Source: an uncultured Caulobacterales bacterium (GTDB lineage Bacteria; Pseudomonadota; Alphaproteobacteria; Caulobacterales; Maricaulaceae). Taken from it: a stretch of DNA of 64,000 nucleotides. A model generated the notes under the pieces. That model was given only the letters and a program-made list of their open reading frames with translations, made no database searches and had not been told where the DNA came from. The stretch lies in NCBI GenBank assembly GCA_964526675.1, contig CAZGLY010000009.1, forward strand, positions 5,004 to 69,003. Reading direction: 5' to 3'. Below, piece by piece: positions 10,489-18,773 of the stretch (its first letter is position 1; each line of letters starts with the position of its first letter). Both the position numbers and the translations under genes were made by a program.

Positions 10489-11592
10489 ATGATGCATCTC
10501 GCTCTGGACTCGGTGAGACGCGCGAACGCGAAGCGGGCGTTCACGACCCGCAATGTCGAGGAGGGCGCGTTGGCTCGTCTCGGTGGCCGTGGCATGACGC
10601 CTCGGCCTGGCGACCTGGTCTTGGCGCGTGTGGTCGAGATCAATCATCACAAGCGTTTGGAGTTGCCGAACGGCCGCAAAGCCAGCCTTTTTCTCGGCGA
10701 CAAGGTGATTGTCGCCTACGGCAACCGATACGCCCCGGACCAATTCGAAGCAGAGATCCCAAAGGACTTGGGAGCGTGCGATTTGGTCGCCGCCGGCGGC
10801 CTGGCCGGCGTGATGCTGAGCAAGTTCGCCGAAATCGACGAGCCAAGCCGTATTGAACCGGAAGGCCTGTTCGTCAATGAAGACGGCGCGCCGGTGAACA
10901 TCGCGCAATTCGCTCTGCCTGAGCGGCCGATCAAGGATCGCCCGCCCGTCATCGCCGTCGTCGGCGGCTCCATGAACGCGGGCAAAACAACAACCGTGGC
11001 CTGCTTGGCGCGCGCGTTCAGCACCGCCGGCTTGCGGGTCGGCGCGGCGAAGCTGACCGGCACGGGCTCCGGCGGGGACTTGTGGTCGTTCCGCGACGCC
11101 GGCGCGTTGCAAGCGTACGACTTCACGGACGCGGGCCTCGCTTCGACCTACAAGGCGTCGGCCAGCCAGATCGAGCGCGTGGCCCGGACGTTGGTGGGGC
11201 AGCTGATCGCCGATCAAAGCGAGATCATTCTCCTGGAAATCGCCGACGGCGTCCTGCAGCCGGAGACGGCGCGGCTGATCCGCTCCGACCTGATGACCAA
11301 CCTCGTGGACGGTTATGTCTACGCCGCGGAAAGCGCCACATCGGCCCTGGCCGGCGTGCAATGGCTCCAGAACGCGGGCGTCTCGGTGTTGGGCTTGGGC
11401 GGGCGCGTGTCCGCCTCGCCTTTGGCCGCGGGCGAAGCCGCCCGGGCCGCGGGCATGGCGTGCCGCGATTTGGAAGCGCTCCAAGACCCGACTTTGGCGA
11501 CGACCTGGTTGCAAGCGGCTGTGGCGGCGCGTCAGGCCCGATCCACGGGCGCGCAGCCCGGCGAGAGCGCGCGGGAAGTCGTGGCGGCGTGA
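10489..11592 (+). CDS. P-loop NTPase of unrecognised family
   Basis: 367-aa ORF. A GGGAGAA Shine-Dalgarno-like sequence precedes the ATGATG start. It has a single Walker-A-like motif, VIAVVGGSMNAGKTTTVACL, followed by LTGTGSGGD and a hhhhE/D strand (IILLEIADG). The stop TGA 11590..11592 overlaps the GTG start of the next gene. Confidence 0.6.
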   Translation: MMHLALDSVRRANAKRAFTTRNVEEGALARLGGRGMTPRPGDLVLARVVEINHHKRLELPNGRKASLFLGDKVIVAYGNRYAPDQFEAEIPKDLGACDLVAAGGLAGVMLSKFAEIDEPSRIEPEGLFVNEDGAPVNIAQFALPERPIKDRPPVIAVVGGSMNAGKTTTVACLARAFSTAGLRVGAAKLTGTGSGGDLWSFRDAGALQAYDFTDAGLASTYKASASQIERVARTLVGQLIADQSEIILLEIADGVLQPETARLIRSDLMTNLVDGYVYAAESATSALAGVQWLQNAGVSVLGLGGRVSASPLAAGEAARAAGMACRDLEALQDPTLATTWLQAAVAARQARSTGAQPGESAREVVAA

Positions 11593-13205
11593 TCCCGCCC
11601 GTCTTCGCGCGCGACTGGCGGGCGGGCTTCGCCGGTTTGTTGGTGCTGGCGGCCACCGAGGCCGCGGCCTTGGTGGCCGCGGCCCTTTTGCTGCGCGCTC
11701 TTTCCCGAAACGCGGCCGGCGACGGCGACCCGGCGTGGCTGGCGGGCGCGCTGGCCGGCGCTGGACTTGCCGCGGGCCTGCTGGCTTGGATGCGGGGGGT
11801 CGCCGCCGAGGCCTTTGGCATGCGGTTGGCGGCGCATTTGCGCCGGCGTCTCGCCGCGCACGCTGTCGATGTGGCCGGCGCCGGCGCGCCACGGCGGTTG
11901 GGCGTGATCGCCGCCCGCATGGGCGCGGACGTGAACGCCGTTCGCGATTGGGTCGCCGTGGGCCTCTGCGACGCCGCCGCTGGAGTGGCTTTTGTGGCTG
12001 GCGGTTTGGGCGCGCTGGCGCTGATCGGCGGGCCCCGCGTGGCCGCCGTCGGCCTTGCGGTGGCGGGGCTCAGCTTTGTGATTATGGGCGTGGCCGCGCC
12101 GGCCCTCTACGCCGCGACCGAGACGCTTCGCCGGGAGCGCGGGCGGGTGTCGGGCCTGGCGGGCGACATTGCGGTGGCCGCCGGCGCGCTCGCCCGCTTC
12201 GATCCGAAAGCGCGGGAGGCCAAGCGGTTAGACGCGCGCAGCGCCCGGCTCAGCGAGGCGGCGGTGCGGCGGCGCAGTTGGGCGGGCGGCGCGCTCATCG
12301 TCCCCGCCGCGGCCACAGCGCTCGGCGTGGGCTTGGTGAGCGTCACCTTGACCGCCTCCGGCGACGGACCGCGCGCCGCGGCGGACTGGACCGGGATTGT
12401 GTTCGCGTTTGTGCTGCTCGGCGGTGGACTGGCGGCGTTGGCGAAGGGTGTTGACGCCCACGCCGGCTTCTCGGCCGCGCGTCGACGGTTTCAGCGTCTT
12501 GAGGCGGAGGCGGAAGCGGCGCGTCCCACCGGACCAAGCGACCGGGGATGGCCCAGCGGACCGGTCACGGTTGCGCTTCATCCCTCATCACCCAGCCGCC
12601 CCGCCGCCGGACCGGGCGACGTGGTGCGTGTGCATGCAGGAGCGCCGGGCGCGAGTTGCGCCGTCGTCGAAGCCCTCGCGACGGCGGACACGACGCTCCA
12701 TCTCAACGACCGCCCCTTGGGCGCGTTGCGCCCCAACGTCCGCGCGCGCCGGGTGGCGCTCAGCGCGCCGTCCGCCCCCCTGCTGCGGGCGAGCGTGCGC
12801 CGCAATCTCACGCTGGCGCGCGGGCGGGACGATCGCGGCCCGTCCCTGGAGGACGCCTTGCGCTGGTGCGGGCTCGAGCCCGACGACTACCCGCCCGATC
12901 AACGGATCGAACCGGTTCGCGCCGCGCCGGACGCCTTTGCAGACGCCCGCTTGCGGTTGGCGCGGGCGGTGGCGGGCGGCGCACGCGTCATTTTGGTGGC
13001 GGAGCCGGCGCTCTATGGGCTTGACGACACGCCGGCACTGCTGGCGCGCATCGCGGCGCAGTCCGGCGCGACCGTCATCGCCGCCGCGCCGGCGGGCGTC
13101 CCCAACGACGCGGGGCCTTGGACGCAGACCTGGGATCTCACCGACGTGCAACCGTTCGCCGCTGTGACGCCAGCGTCGGTTTGCGTTGATGAAGACGCCG
13201 CATAG
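11589..13205 (+). CDS. ABC type-I-exporter-like protein with fully degenerate nucleotide-binding domain
   Basis: GTG at 11589 in the frame of ORF 11082..13205 (GTGA overlap with the upstream stop). The N-terminal about 330 aa has a 6-helix exporter-like hydrophobic pattern. The C-terminal about 190 aa is colinear with an ABC NBD, but its motifs are replaced (see findings). Confidence 0.6.
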   Translation: MIPPVFARDWRAGFAGLLVLAATEAAALVAAALLLRALSRNAAGDGDPAWLAGALAGAGLAAGLLAWMRGVAAEAFGMRLAAHLRRRLAAHAVDVAGAGAPRRLGVIAARMGADVNAVRDWVAVGLCDAAAGVAFVAGGLGALALIGGPRVAAVGLAVAGLSFVIMGVAAPALYAATETLRRERGRVSGLAGDIAVAAGALARFDPKAREAKRLDARSARLSEAAVRRRSWAGGALIVPAAATALGVGLVSVTLTASGDGPRAAADWTGIVFAFVLLGGGLAALAKGVDAHAGFSAARRRFQRLEAEAEAARPTGPSDRGWPSGPVTVALHPSSPSRPAAGPGDVVRVHAGAPGASCAVVEALATADTTLHLNDRPLGALRPNVRARRVALSAPSAPLLRASVRRNLTLARGRDDRGPSLEDALRWCGLEPDDYPPDQRIEPVRAAPDAFADARLRLARAVAGGARVILVAEPALYGLDDTPALLARIAAQSGATVIAAAPAGVPNDAGPWTQTWDLTDVQPFAAVTPASVCVDEDAA

Positions 13206-13307
13206 CCGCACAAAAGCCACACCCGCTGAAGCGCCCCCGCGGCGTGGTGAAAGGGGCAGACCCGCGCGCCGCGGTTGGTTATCGTGGGCGGGGTTTTGGG
13301 GGAGCTT

Positions 13308-14429
13308 ATGGCGGACACGAGCACGCGGCCGGATCTGAGCACGGCCTTGGACTACTTTGCCAAACGTCCGACGCCGGAGTTCGACGACGTCGTGCTGCGG
13401 GCGGATTACGCCGTGCGCGCGTATCTGAGTCTTTATCGGTTTCGCCGCACGGGCGGGGCGGAACCGCCGCGCGGCAAGCCGATCCGCAGTGATCAGCGCC
13501 TGCACATGGGCGTCCATTATGTGACCGACCATCCGCCGGTGCGGCTGTTCAACCTCTCGTTGATCGCGCTGCTGATCGTGTTTGAAAGCGCCGCGAACGC
13601 GTATTTTTTCGGGGTCAGCAGCGATTTCGGGATCCTCGGCGGGTTGTTCCAAGCCGCGGCGGTGTCGCTGGCGAACGTGGCGGTGAGCTATTTCATCATC
13701 GGCTTTTGGGGCTTGCGCCACATCACCGCGCCTTTGCGGTACCATTGGCCGAAGAAGATGATGGGCTTCCTCGCCATCGCGGTCGGCCTCACCGTCGTGT
13801 TCGCGATCAACTTGTCGGCCGCGCACTATCGCAATCTCATCGACCTTCAGTCCGTCGTGAACATCGACTCCATCGTGATTGAAGGCGTGCGGCCCATCCT
13901 GCCGGGTCTCGGCGAATGGTGCGCGTCGGTGCTGCAGCCGCCGCTGGGCACCGATTTGAACGCCGCTGCGGCCAACGCCGCGTGCCGGCCGCTCAATCTC
14001 TTGTCGTTGGACGCGGTGGTGTTGTTCGCTTTGGGCATGGCGATCGCGGCGTTGGCCGCCTTCGAAGGCCGGCGCTCCGACGCGCCCTTCCCCGGCCTCA
14101 GCGACGCCGCGCGCCAGCTGGAGAAGTCCCGTGAAGACCTTCGTGACGCGCTGATGGACTATTACGACAGCTACGAAGACTTGGTGGACGATCTCAATGC
14201 GTTTCTGCAGAAAGATGAAGGCGAAAATGTCCGCATCACCACCAATGAGCGGGTGAAACTCTACAAAGCGCTCGATGACAAGGTCGGCACCTATCGATAT
14301 TTGCTCGAAACGCCGCTTGAAGAATTGCTGGCGGAGTTTGCGCTTCAAGACATGGGTCCGGACTTCCGGGTTCTGGGGCCCCACGGTCCTAAAGTTGCGC
14401 CCGCTGACGACGGAGGGGGGCCGCGATGA
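13308..14429 (+). CDS. multi-pass membrane protein with acidic coiled-coil C-terminal tail (unknown family)
   Basis: ATG 13308 (MADTSTRPD) is preceded by GGGGGAG. There are four to five hydrophobic helices (e.g. LFNLSLIALLIVFESAANAYFFGV, GGLFQAAAVSLANVAVSYFIIGFWGL, MMGFLAIAVGLTVVFAINL, AVVLFALGMAIAALAAF). A charged helical tail follows (EKSREDLRDALMDYYDSYEDLVDDLNAFLQKDE). Confidence 0.55.
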   Translation: MADTSTRPDLSTALDYFAKRPTPEFDDVVLRADYAVRAYLSLYRFRRTGGAEPPRGKPIRSDQRLHMGVHYVTDHPPVRLFNLSLIALLIVFESAANAYFFGVSSDFGILGGLFQAAAVSLANVAVSYFIIGFWGLRHITAPLRYHWPKKMMGFLAIAVGLTVVFAINLSAAHYRNLIDLQSVVNIDSIVIEGVRPILPGLGEWCASVLQPPLGTDLNAAAANAACRPLNLLSLDAVVLFALGMAIAALAAFEGRRSDAPFPGLSDAARQLEKSREDLRDALMDYYDSYEDLVDDLNAFLQKDEGENVRITTNERVKLYKALDDKVGTYRYLLETPLEELLAEFALQDMGPDFRVLGPHGPKVAPADDGGGPR

Positions 14430-15241
14430 GCCGTCGCCGCGAACAACGCCTGCGCCGGCTGGCGATCATCAACATCCTGGTGGTGGCGGGCGTGATCGGC
14501 GCCATCGCCTACACGCTCCACGCGCTGCGTCCCAAGGCCTATGATGAACGGACGCTGTGCCCGATCCTCGACGTGGACGAGACGCCCCCGCCGCACACCG
14601 TCATCATCGTCGACAAAACCGACAGCTACTCCGCGCAGCAAACGCAGTTGATCTCCGACGCGATCCTGCGCGCGAAAGACCGGCTCGATTTGGGCGAGCG
14701 GATCACCATTGCGGCCCTTGACGACGCCGGCCGTTACGACCCCCGCGGCGAAATCTCTCTGTGCAATCCCGGCCGTCCCGACCAGGTGAACCCTCTCTAC
14801 ACCAACCCCCGCTTGGTCCAGGAAAAGTACGAGAGCTCGTTTGACGTTCCCCTCGAACGGGCGCTGGCCGACTTGGTCCAACCCCGCCAGGCGCCCTCCA
14901 GTCCCATTTTGGAGGCGCTGGCCCGGCAAGCCCAAACCGAGGCGTTCGCCCGCGGCGTGCCGCGCCGACGCGTCCTGCTGGTCTCCGACATGCTTCAGAA
15001 TTCCGATGTGTTTTCGGTTTACGGCGGCGGCGCCGGCGTGTTGCCGGAGGACATGCCGACGCCGGACGACGCCGCCCGCGCGTTGGAGGAGCGGTTTGGC
15101 GACACGCTGCGTGGCGTGCGCCTGGAAGTGCGCTTGATCCCCCGCGGCCGCTGGGAAGACCTCCAACGCGGCCGGCTGCGCGCCTATTGGGAGGAGCTGG
15201 CGGACGCGTTGGGCATGACGATCCGTTGGCGGGACCTCTAA
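14426..15241 (+). CDS. membrane-anchored vWA-like protein (unknown family)
   Basis: 271-aa ORF whose ATG overlaps the upstream stop (ATGA at 14426..14429). It has an N-terminal TM helix (LAIINILVVAGVIGAIAYTL). The strand VIIVDKTDSYS resembles a vWA MIDAS DxSxS, here D-x-T-x-S. A later VLLVSDMLQNS strand resembles the vWA 'TDG' strand. Confidence 0.5.
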   Translation: MSRRREQRLRRLAIINILVVAGVIGAIAYTLHALRPKAYDERTLCPILDVDETPPPHTVIIVDKTDSYSAQQTQLISDAILRAKDRLDLGERITIAALDDAGRYDPRGEISLCNPGRPDQVNPLYTNPRLVQEKYESSFDVPLERALADLVQPRQAPSSPILEALARQAQTEAFARGVPRRRVLLVSDMLQNSDVFSVYGGGAGVLPEDMPTPDDAARALEERFGDTLRGVRLEVRLIPRGRWEDLQRGRLRAYWEELADALGMTIRWRDL

Positions 15242-15263
15242 CGAGACGCCCGATCGCCTGTCC

Positions 15264-16040
15264 TCATCGGATTGTGGACTGCAGGAAACTCACGGTTTGG
15301 CCGTAAAGCCGAACCGCGGTCAGCACGCCGCTGGCGTACGCCCCGGTGTCCACGCCGATGCGCCGGAAGCTGTGAAACGGCTCCGGCTCCGGCGTGTGGC
15401 CATGCACAATCACCTTTTCGAGACGCGAATCGTCATCGAGGAATTCATCGCGGATCCACAGCAGGTCGTCCTGGGATTGCTCCGCCAGCAGCACGCCCGG
15501 CCGCACGCCCGCGTGGACGAACGCGTAATCGCCGTTCGTCGTGATGTAGGACAAGTCGCGCAAAAAGGTCACATGCGCGTCCGGGACGGCGTCGGCGAAC
15601 TCCTTACGCGCGCGCTCCCACGCCTGCCCGCCGGCCTCCGCGGCGGGCGCGGTGACGCCGTAGGACTTCATCGTCGCATCACCGCCGAAAGCGCACCACC
15701 GAGCGCCCGCGCTGGCGTCGTCGAGAAACTCCAACATGGTGTCTTCGTGGTTGCCGCGCAGGAACCGGATGTCGTCGAACTGGCTTTGAAGCGCAATCAG
15801 CTCGTCCAACACGCCGGCGGAATCCGGACCGCGGTCCACATAGTCGCCGAGGAACACCACAACACTTCGAACGTCGCCGTTTCCCTCCGCGCGGGTGGCG
15901 GCCACGTCCTGAACAACGCCGTCCAAAAGAGCGACAAGGAGCTCACGGCACCCATGAACGTCGCCGACAGCGAACACCAATTGACCAGGACCAGCAGCAG
16001 GAGCGCGCGGCCGGAATGAGCGTGCGATCGCACCGATCAT
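15264..16040 (-). CDS. PPP-family metallophosphoesterase (Ser/Thr protein phosphatase-like)
   Basis: ATG 16040..16038 is preceded by GGGGA. PPP motifs are GDVHG, GDYVDRG and GNHE, with later HAG and GHT. Confidence 0.8.
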   Translation of the reverse strand: MIGAIARSFRPRAPAAGPGQLVFAVGDVHGCRELLVALLDGVVQDVAATRAEGNGDVRSVVVFLGDYVDRGPDSAGVLDELIALQSQFDDIRFLRGNHEDTMLEFLDDASAGARWCAFGGDATMKSYGVTAPAAEAGGQAWERARKEFADAVPDAHVTFLRDLSYITTNGDYAFVHAGVRPGVLLAEQSQDDLLWIRDEFLDDDSRLEKVIVHGHTPEPEPFHSFRRIGVDTGAYASGVLTAVRLYGQTVSFLQSTIR

Positions 16041-16133
16041 CACCGTCCCCAAATTTCGAATAAGCACATGCGAAACGCTTAGCACATATTCGCAACGCCG
16101 GAACGGAAGACAAGAGAGGCGCCGCGCGGCGCG

Positions 16134-16481
16134 TCACCCGCCTTTGGGCCACGCGCCGACAAACGCTGCGATCACCGCCCACCAAAACGCGCCGCACACC
16201 ACCACCGCAAACAAAACACCCACGCCCGGCGGCCAGCGCTCCTCCTCCGCCGGCTCCTCGAGCGCGCTGACGGCGGAAGCCAGGAGCGCGTGAATCGGGG
16301 AGGTCTCCCCGTCATTGTCGCCCTCACCGCCGACGTCCGCAAAGGCGGCTTCGCGGGGCGCGGCTCCCTCAGGCGCCGCGGCGGGCGCCTCGTCAGCGAC
16401 GGCGTTCGCGTCCTCGAGCGCGTCAGGCTCCGGGATCTTGGCACGACCAGATGATGACGCTCGCACACCAGCCTCCCGCAT
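16134..16481 (-). CDS. small acidic protein with C-terminal TM anchor (hypothetical)
   Basis: 115-aa ORF with high third-position GC. It has an acidic/Ala-Pro-rich N-terminal part and one C-terminal helix (VGVLFAVVVCGAFWWAVIAAFVGAW). It lies directly upstream of the phosphatase on the same strand. No recognisable family. Confidence 0.35.
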   Translation of the reverse strand: MREAGVRASSSGRAKIPEPDALEDANAVADEAPAAAPEGAAPREAAFADVGGEGDNDGETSPIHALLASAVSALEEPAEEERWPPGVGVLFAVVVCGAFWWAVIAAFVGAWPKGG

Positions 16482-16658
16482 GAAGGACCATCGCGCGCGC
16501 GACGCGGCCCGCCCCTGCGACGAAGGGTCATCTCACCAGGGAAACTTTGACGAAGTGATCACGCAGTCGATGCAGTTTTAGCGGCGCGCGCCGTGCTGTA
16601 GTGTGCCCCACGCGTGGTGTCGCGCTGCGAGCGCGTCTGACGCGATCTGGGGGACGTT

Positions 16659-17336
16659 GTGGTTGATTTGCTGCCGCCAACGGAGGAGCGGCCCGCTGGG
16701 CTGACGCGCCGGGTGCTTGCGCGCCTGGCGGCGGCTTGTTTTTTCCTCACCGGCGTGGCGGCGCTGCTGATCGCGCACGCGGATGGGCGCGCGCTCGTTG
16801 CCGATCGCGCCATTACGGCGGCGGAGGCCGCCACCGACGAAGAGACCAAAGCGGCGTTTTTGGCGACCGCCCGTGCGCGCTTGCGCGGCGGGCTGAACAC
16901 CTCAGGGCTCAGTGTGGCGACGGCGCGCGTCACCCTGTTGGGCGCCGAGCCGGACTACGATCGCGCGGAGCGGCGTCTTGTCTCCGCGCTTCAGGGCTCG
17001 CCGGCGCGCGCGTCGGTCTGGGCGCTTTTGGCGGAAGCCCGCGCCGCGCGGGCCGGTTTCGCCGATGACTCCGCGCTGGAGGCGCTGCAGACCTCCTTCT
17101 TGGTGGCCACCTTCGGCGGGCCGGAACTGCGGCGGCGGCGTCTGGCGTTCGTCCTCGGGTATTGGGACGATTTGGATCGCAGTCTGCAGCGCGCCGGCAT
17201 GCGCCAGGTCGCCGCGCTTGGCGCGTCGCGGGAAGATGAACAGTGGGCCCGCGGCCTGCTCGCCGACACGCCGCCGGGTCCCGCGCGCGAGGCGTTCGCA
17301 CGCGCCCTCGATCGGGCCGACATTCCTTACGAGTGA
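16659..17336 (+). CDS. hypothetical membrane-anchored protein
   Basis: 225-aa ORF with a GTG start. It has one N-terminal helix (LARLAAACFFLTGVAALLIAHA) and an Ala/Arg-rich helical remainder. No recognised motif. Confidence 0.4.
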   Translation: MVDLLPPTEERPAGLTRRVLARLAAACFFLTGVAALLIAHADGRALVADRAITAAEAATDEETKAAFLATARARLRGGLNTSGLSVATARVTLLGAEPDYDRAERRLVSALQGSPARASVWALLAEARAARAGFADDSALEALQTSFLVATFGGPELRRRRLAFVLGYWDDLDRSLQRAGMRQVAALGASREDEQWARGLLADTPPGPAREAFARALDRADIPYE

Positions 17337-17361
17337 TCGCGAGCGCGAAACGCCGCAGGCG

Positions 17362-18687
17362 TCACATGCGCCGAGCGGTTGCGGTTTTGGTCACCGCCAG
17401 CCCCGCAGCCACGCCCAAAAGCACAGTCCACAGCAGCGCCACCGGCATGCCCTGAAGCCCATCGCTGGCGACCCCATCAAGCAGCGTCCACGCGCTGACC
17501 ACAACCACCGCGCGCAACCAGCTCCGCATGCGTTTGCGCCATTCCGCCGCGCGCGCCGCCAAGGTCATCAGCACGCCCACGCAGCCGCCCATCGCAAGGG
17601 TGGCCAGCACGCCCGCCTCCACCAGCCATTGCACATAAAGGCTGTGCGCGGTGAGATCGCCGTCGAGGGCCGTCCAGTTCTGCGCCGTCTCGATCAGGCT
17701 GTTTTCGACCCCAAACGCGCCAAAGCCATAGCCGAAGACAGGCGCCGCCCCGATCGCGCGCCCATGGGCCGCCAGACCCGCCAGCCGCTCAGGGTCGCTG
17801 AAGGCGGCGCTCAACAGCGCCACATGGCCGAACATCGTCGCCGCGAACGCGACGCCCGTGACGGCCATGGCGGTCACCGCCCAACCGTAACGGCCCCGCG
17901 CCGCACGGCACTCCCACGCCGTGAGCCCCAGCATGACCGCGGCCAACCCCACACGCCCCACCACATCGTCCTGCGCCACCGCCGCCGCGCCCGCCACCAG
18001 CGTCGCGACCACGCCGAGCCCCGCGGCGCGCGCGAAAGCCGTGACGCCGAGTTGTCGGTCAAACGCTTCGCGCACGGCCTGCAGCACCCGCGCATAGCCC
18101 AACACCGCAGTCACGGAGAACAGAAGCGCCGCGGCGTCCCCCGAAGACGCGACGCCTTCGCTTCCGAGCGCGCCTTGAACGAGGACCAACGCCGCAAAGG
18201 CGGTCCCGCCCCACAGCGTCAGCGTGAAAAACAGACGCGCGCGACGGTCATTGCGGCCGATCACCGTTCCGCAGAGAAACGCAGCCGCCAGGCCGAGCAG
18301 CTTCAACACCTCGCGCACCGTGGCGCCGCGGTCGAGCGTCACGGCGCCCGGCGCGTCGACCAACGCCCACAAGGGATGCGCCAAGCCGGGCCCTCCCGGC
18401 GTCAGCTGAAACAGCCCGACCAGAACAACGAACCCGAACAACCCCGCCGCGACGCCGACCTCGGTCATGGCCTGCACGGTCGCCTGGCCCTTCACCATCA
18501 GCAGCGCAACGCCCGCCAAAAAAAGCCATGCCGACGCCAGACCGGCCCCCGCCGGATCTGGGCCGCCCAAGGTCGCGTAGCCCAACACCAGAAGCGCCGC
18601 GGCCGCGGCGGACAATGGCCAATTTTGCGGCCAAGCGTAGCGCATCCGGTCACGAAACCGGGCGAGCGCGGCCAGAGCGCTGTCCAT
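17362..18687 (-). CDS. O-antigen ligase family (Wzy_C-like) membrane protein
   Basis: 441-aa polytopic ORF. A large loop is followed by the conserved-His segment TAHSLYVQWLVEAGVLATLAMGG, typical of O-antigen ligase/polymerase domains. Confidence 0.65.
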   Translation of the reverse strand: MDSALAALARFRDRMRYAWPQNWPLSAAAAALLVLGYATLGGPDPAGAGLASAWLFLAGVALLMVKGQATVQAMTEVGVAAGLFGFVVLVGLFQLTPGGPGLAHPLWALVDAPGAVTLDRGATVREVLKLLGLAAAFLCGTVIGRNDRRARLFFTLTLWGGTAFAALVLVQGALGSEGVASSGDAAALLFSVTAVLGYARVLQAVREAFDRQLGVTAFARAAGLGVVATLVAGAAAVAQDDVVGRVGLAAVMLGLTAWECRAARGRYGWAVTAMAVTGVAFAATMFGHVALLSAAFSDPERLAGLAAHGRAIGAAPVFGYGFGAFGVENSLIETAQNWTALDGDLTAHSLYVQWLVEAGVLATLAMGGCVGVLMTLAARAAEWRKRMRSWLRAVVVVSAWTLLDGVASDGLQGMPVALLWTVLLGVAAGLAVTKTATARRM

Positions 18688-18773
18688 GGGCCCCTCACTG
18701 CGCGCGGGCGCACGCCATTGATGGACGGCGGGCCCGCTGTGGCGAACCTCGACGCGACCTTAACGCCACAGCT

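Noticed and set aside
9801-10643. Minus-strand frame containing a signal-peptide-like stretch (YFVALVCSSVCVAFSAPISAPE) in the 443-bp MFS / P-loop divergent spacer.
   Set aside because: There is no plausible start codon near the hydrophobic stretch. The frame would run about 245 nt into the MFS coding region. The downstream product is Arg/Pro-rich low complexity.
10042-11892. 616-aa minus-strand ORF, together with many other very long ORFs antisense to or out of frame with recognisable genes. Examples: 98..952+, 1884..3293+, 3546..4883+, 12588..14384-, 16912..18777+, 18528..20366+, 28042..29730+, 38017..38766+, 45830..48220+, 49061..50680-, 50661..52070-, 54738..56549+.
   Set aside because: They are typical high-GC shadow ORFs. 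Their products are Arg/Pro/Gly/Ala-rich low-complexity strings with no motifs. Each overlaps an ORF on another frame or strand that has clear family motifs and high third-position GC.
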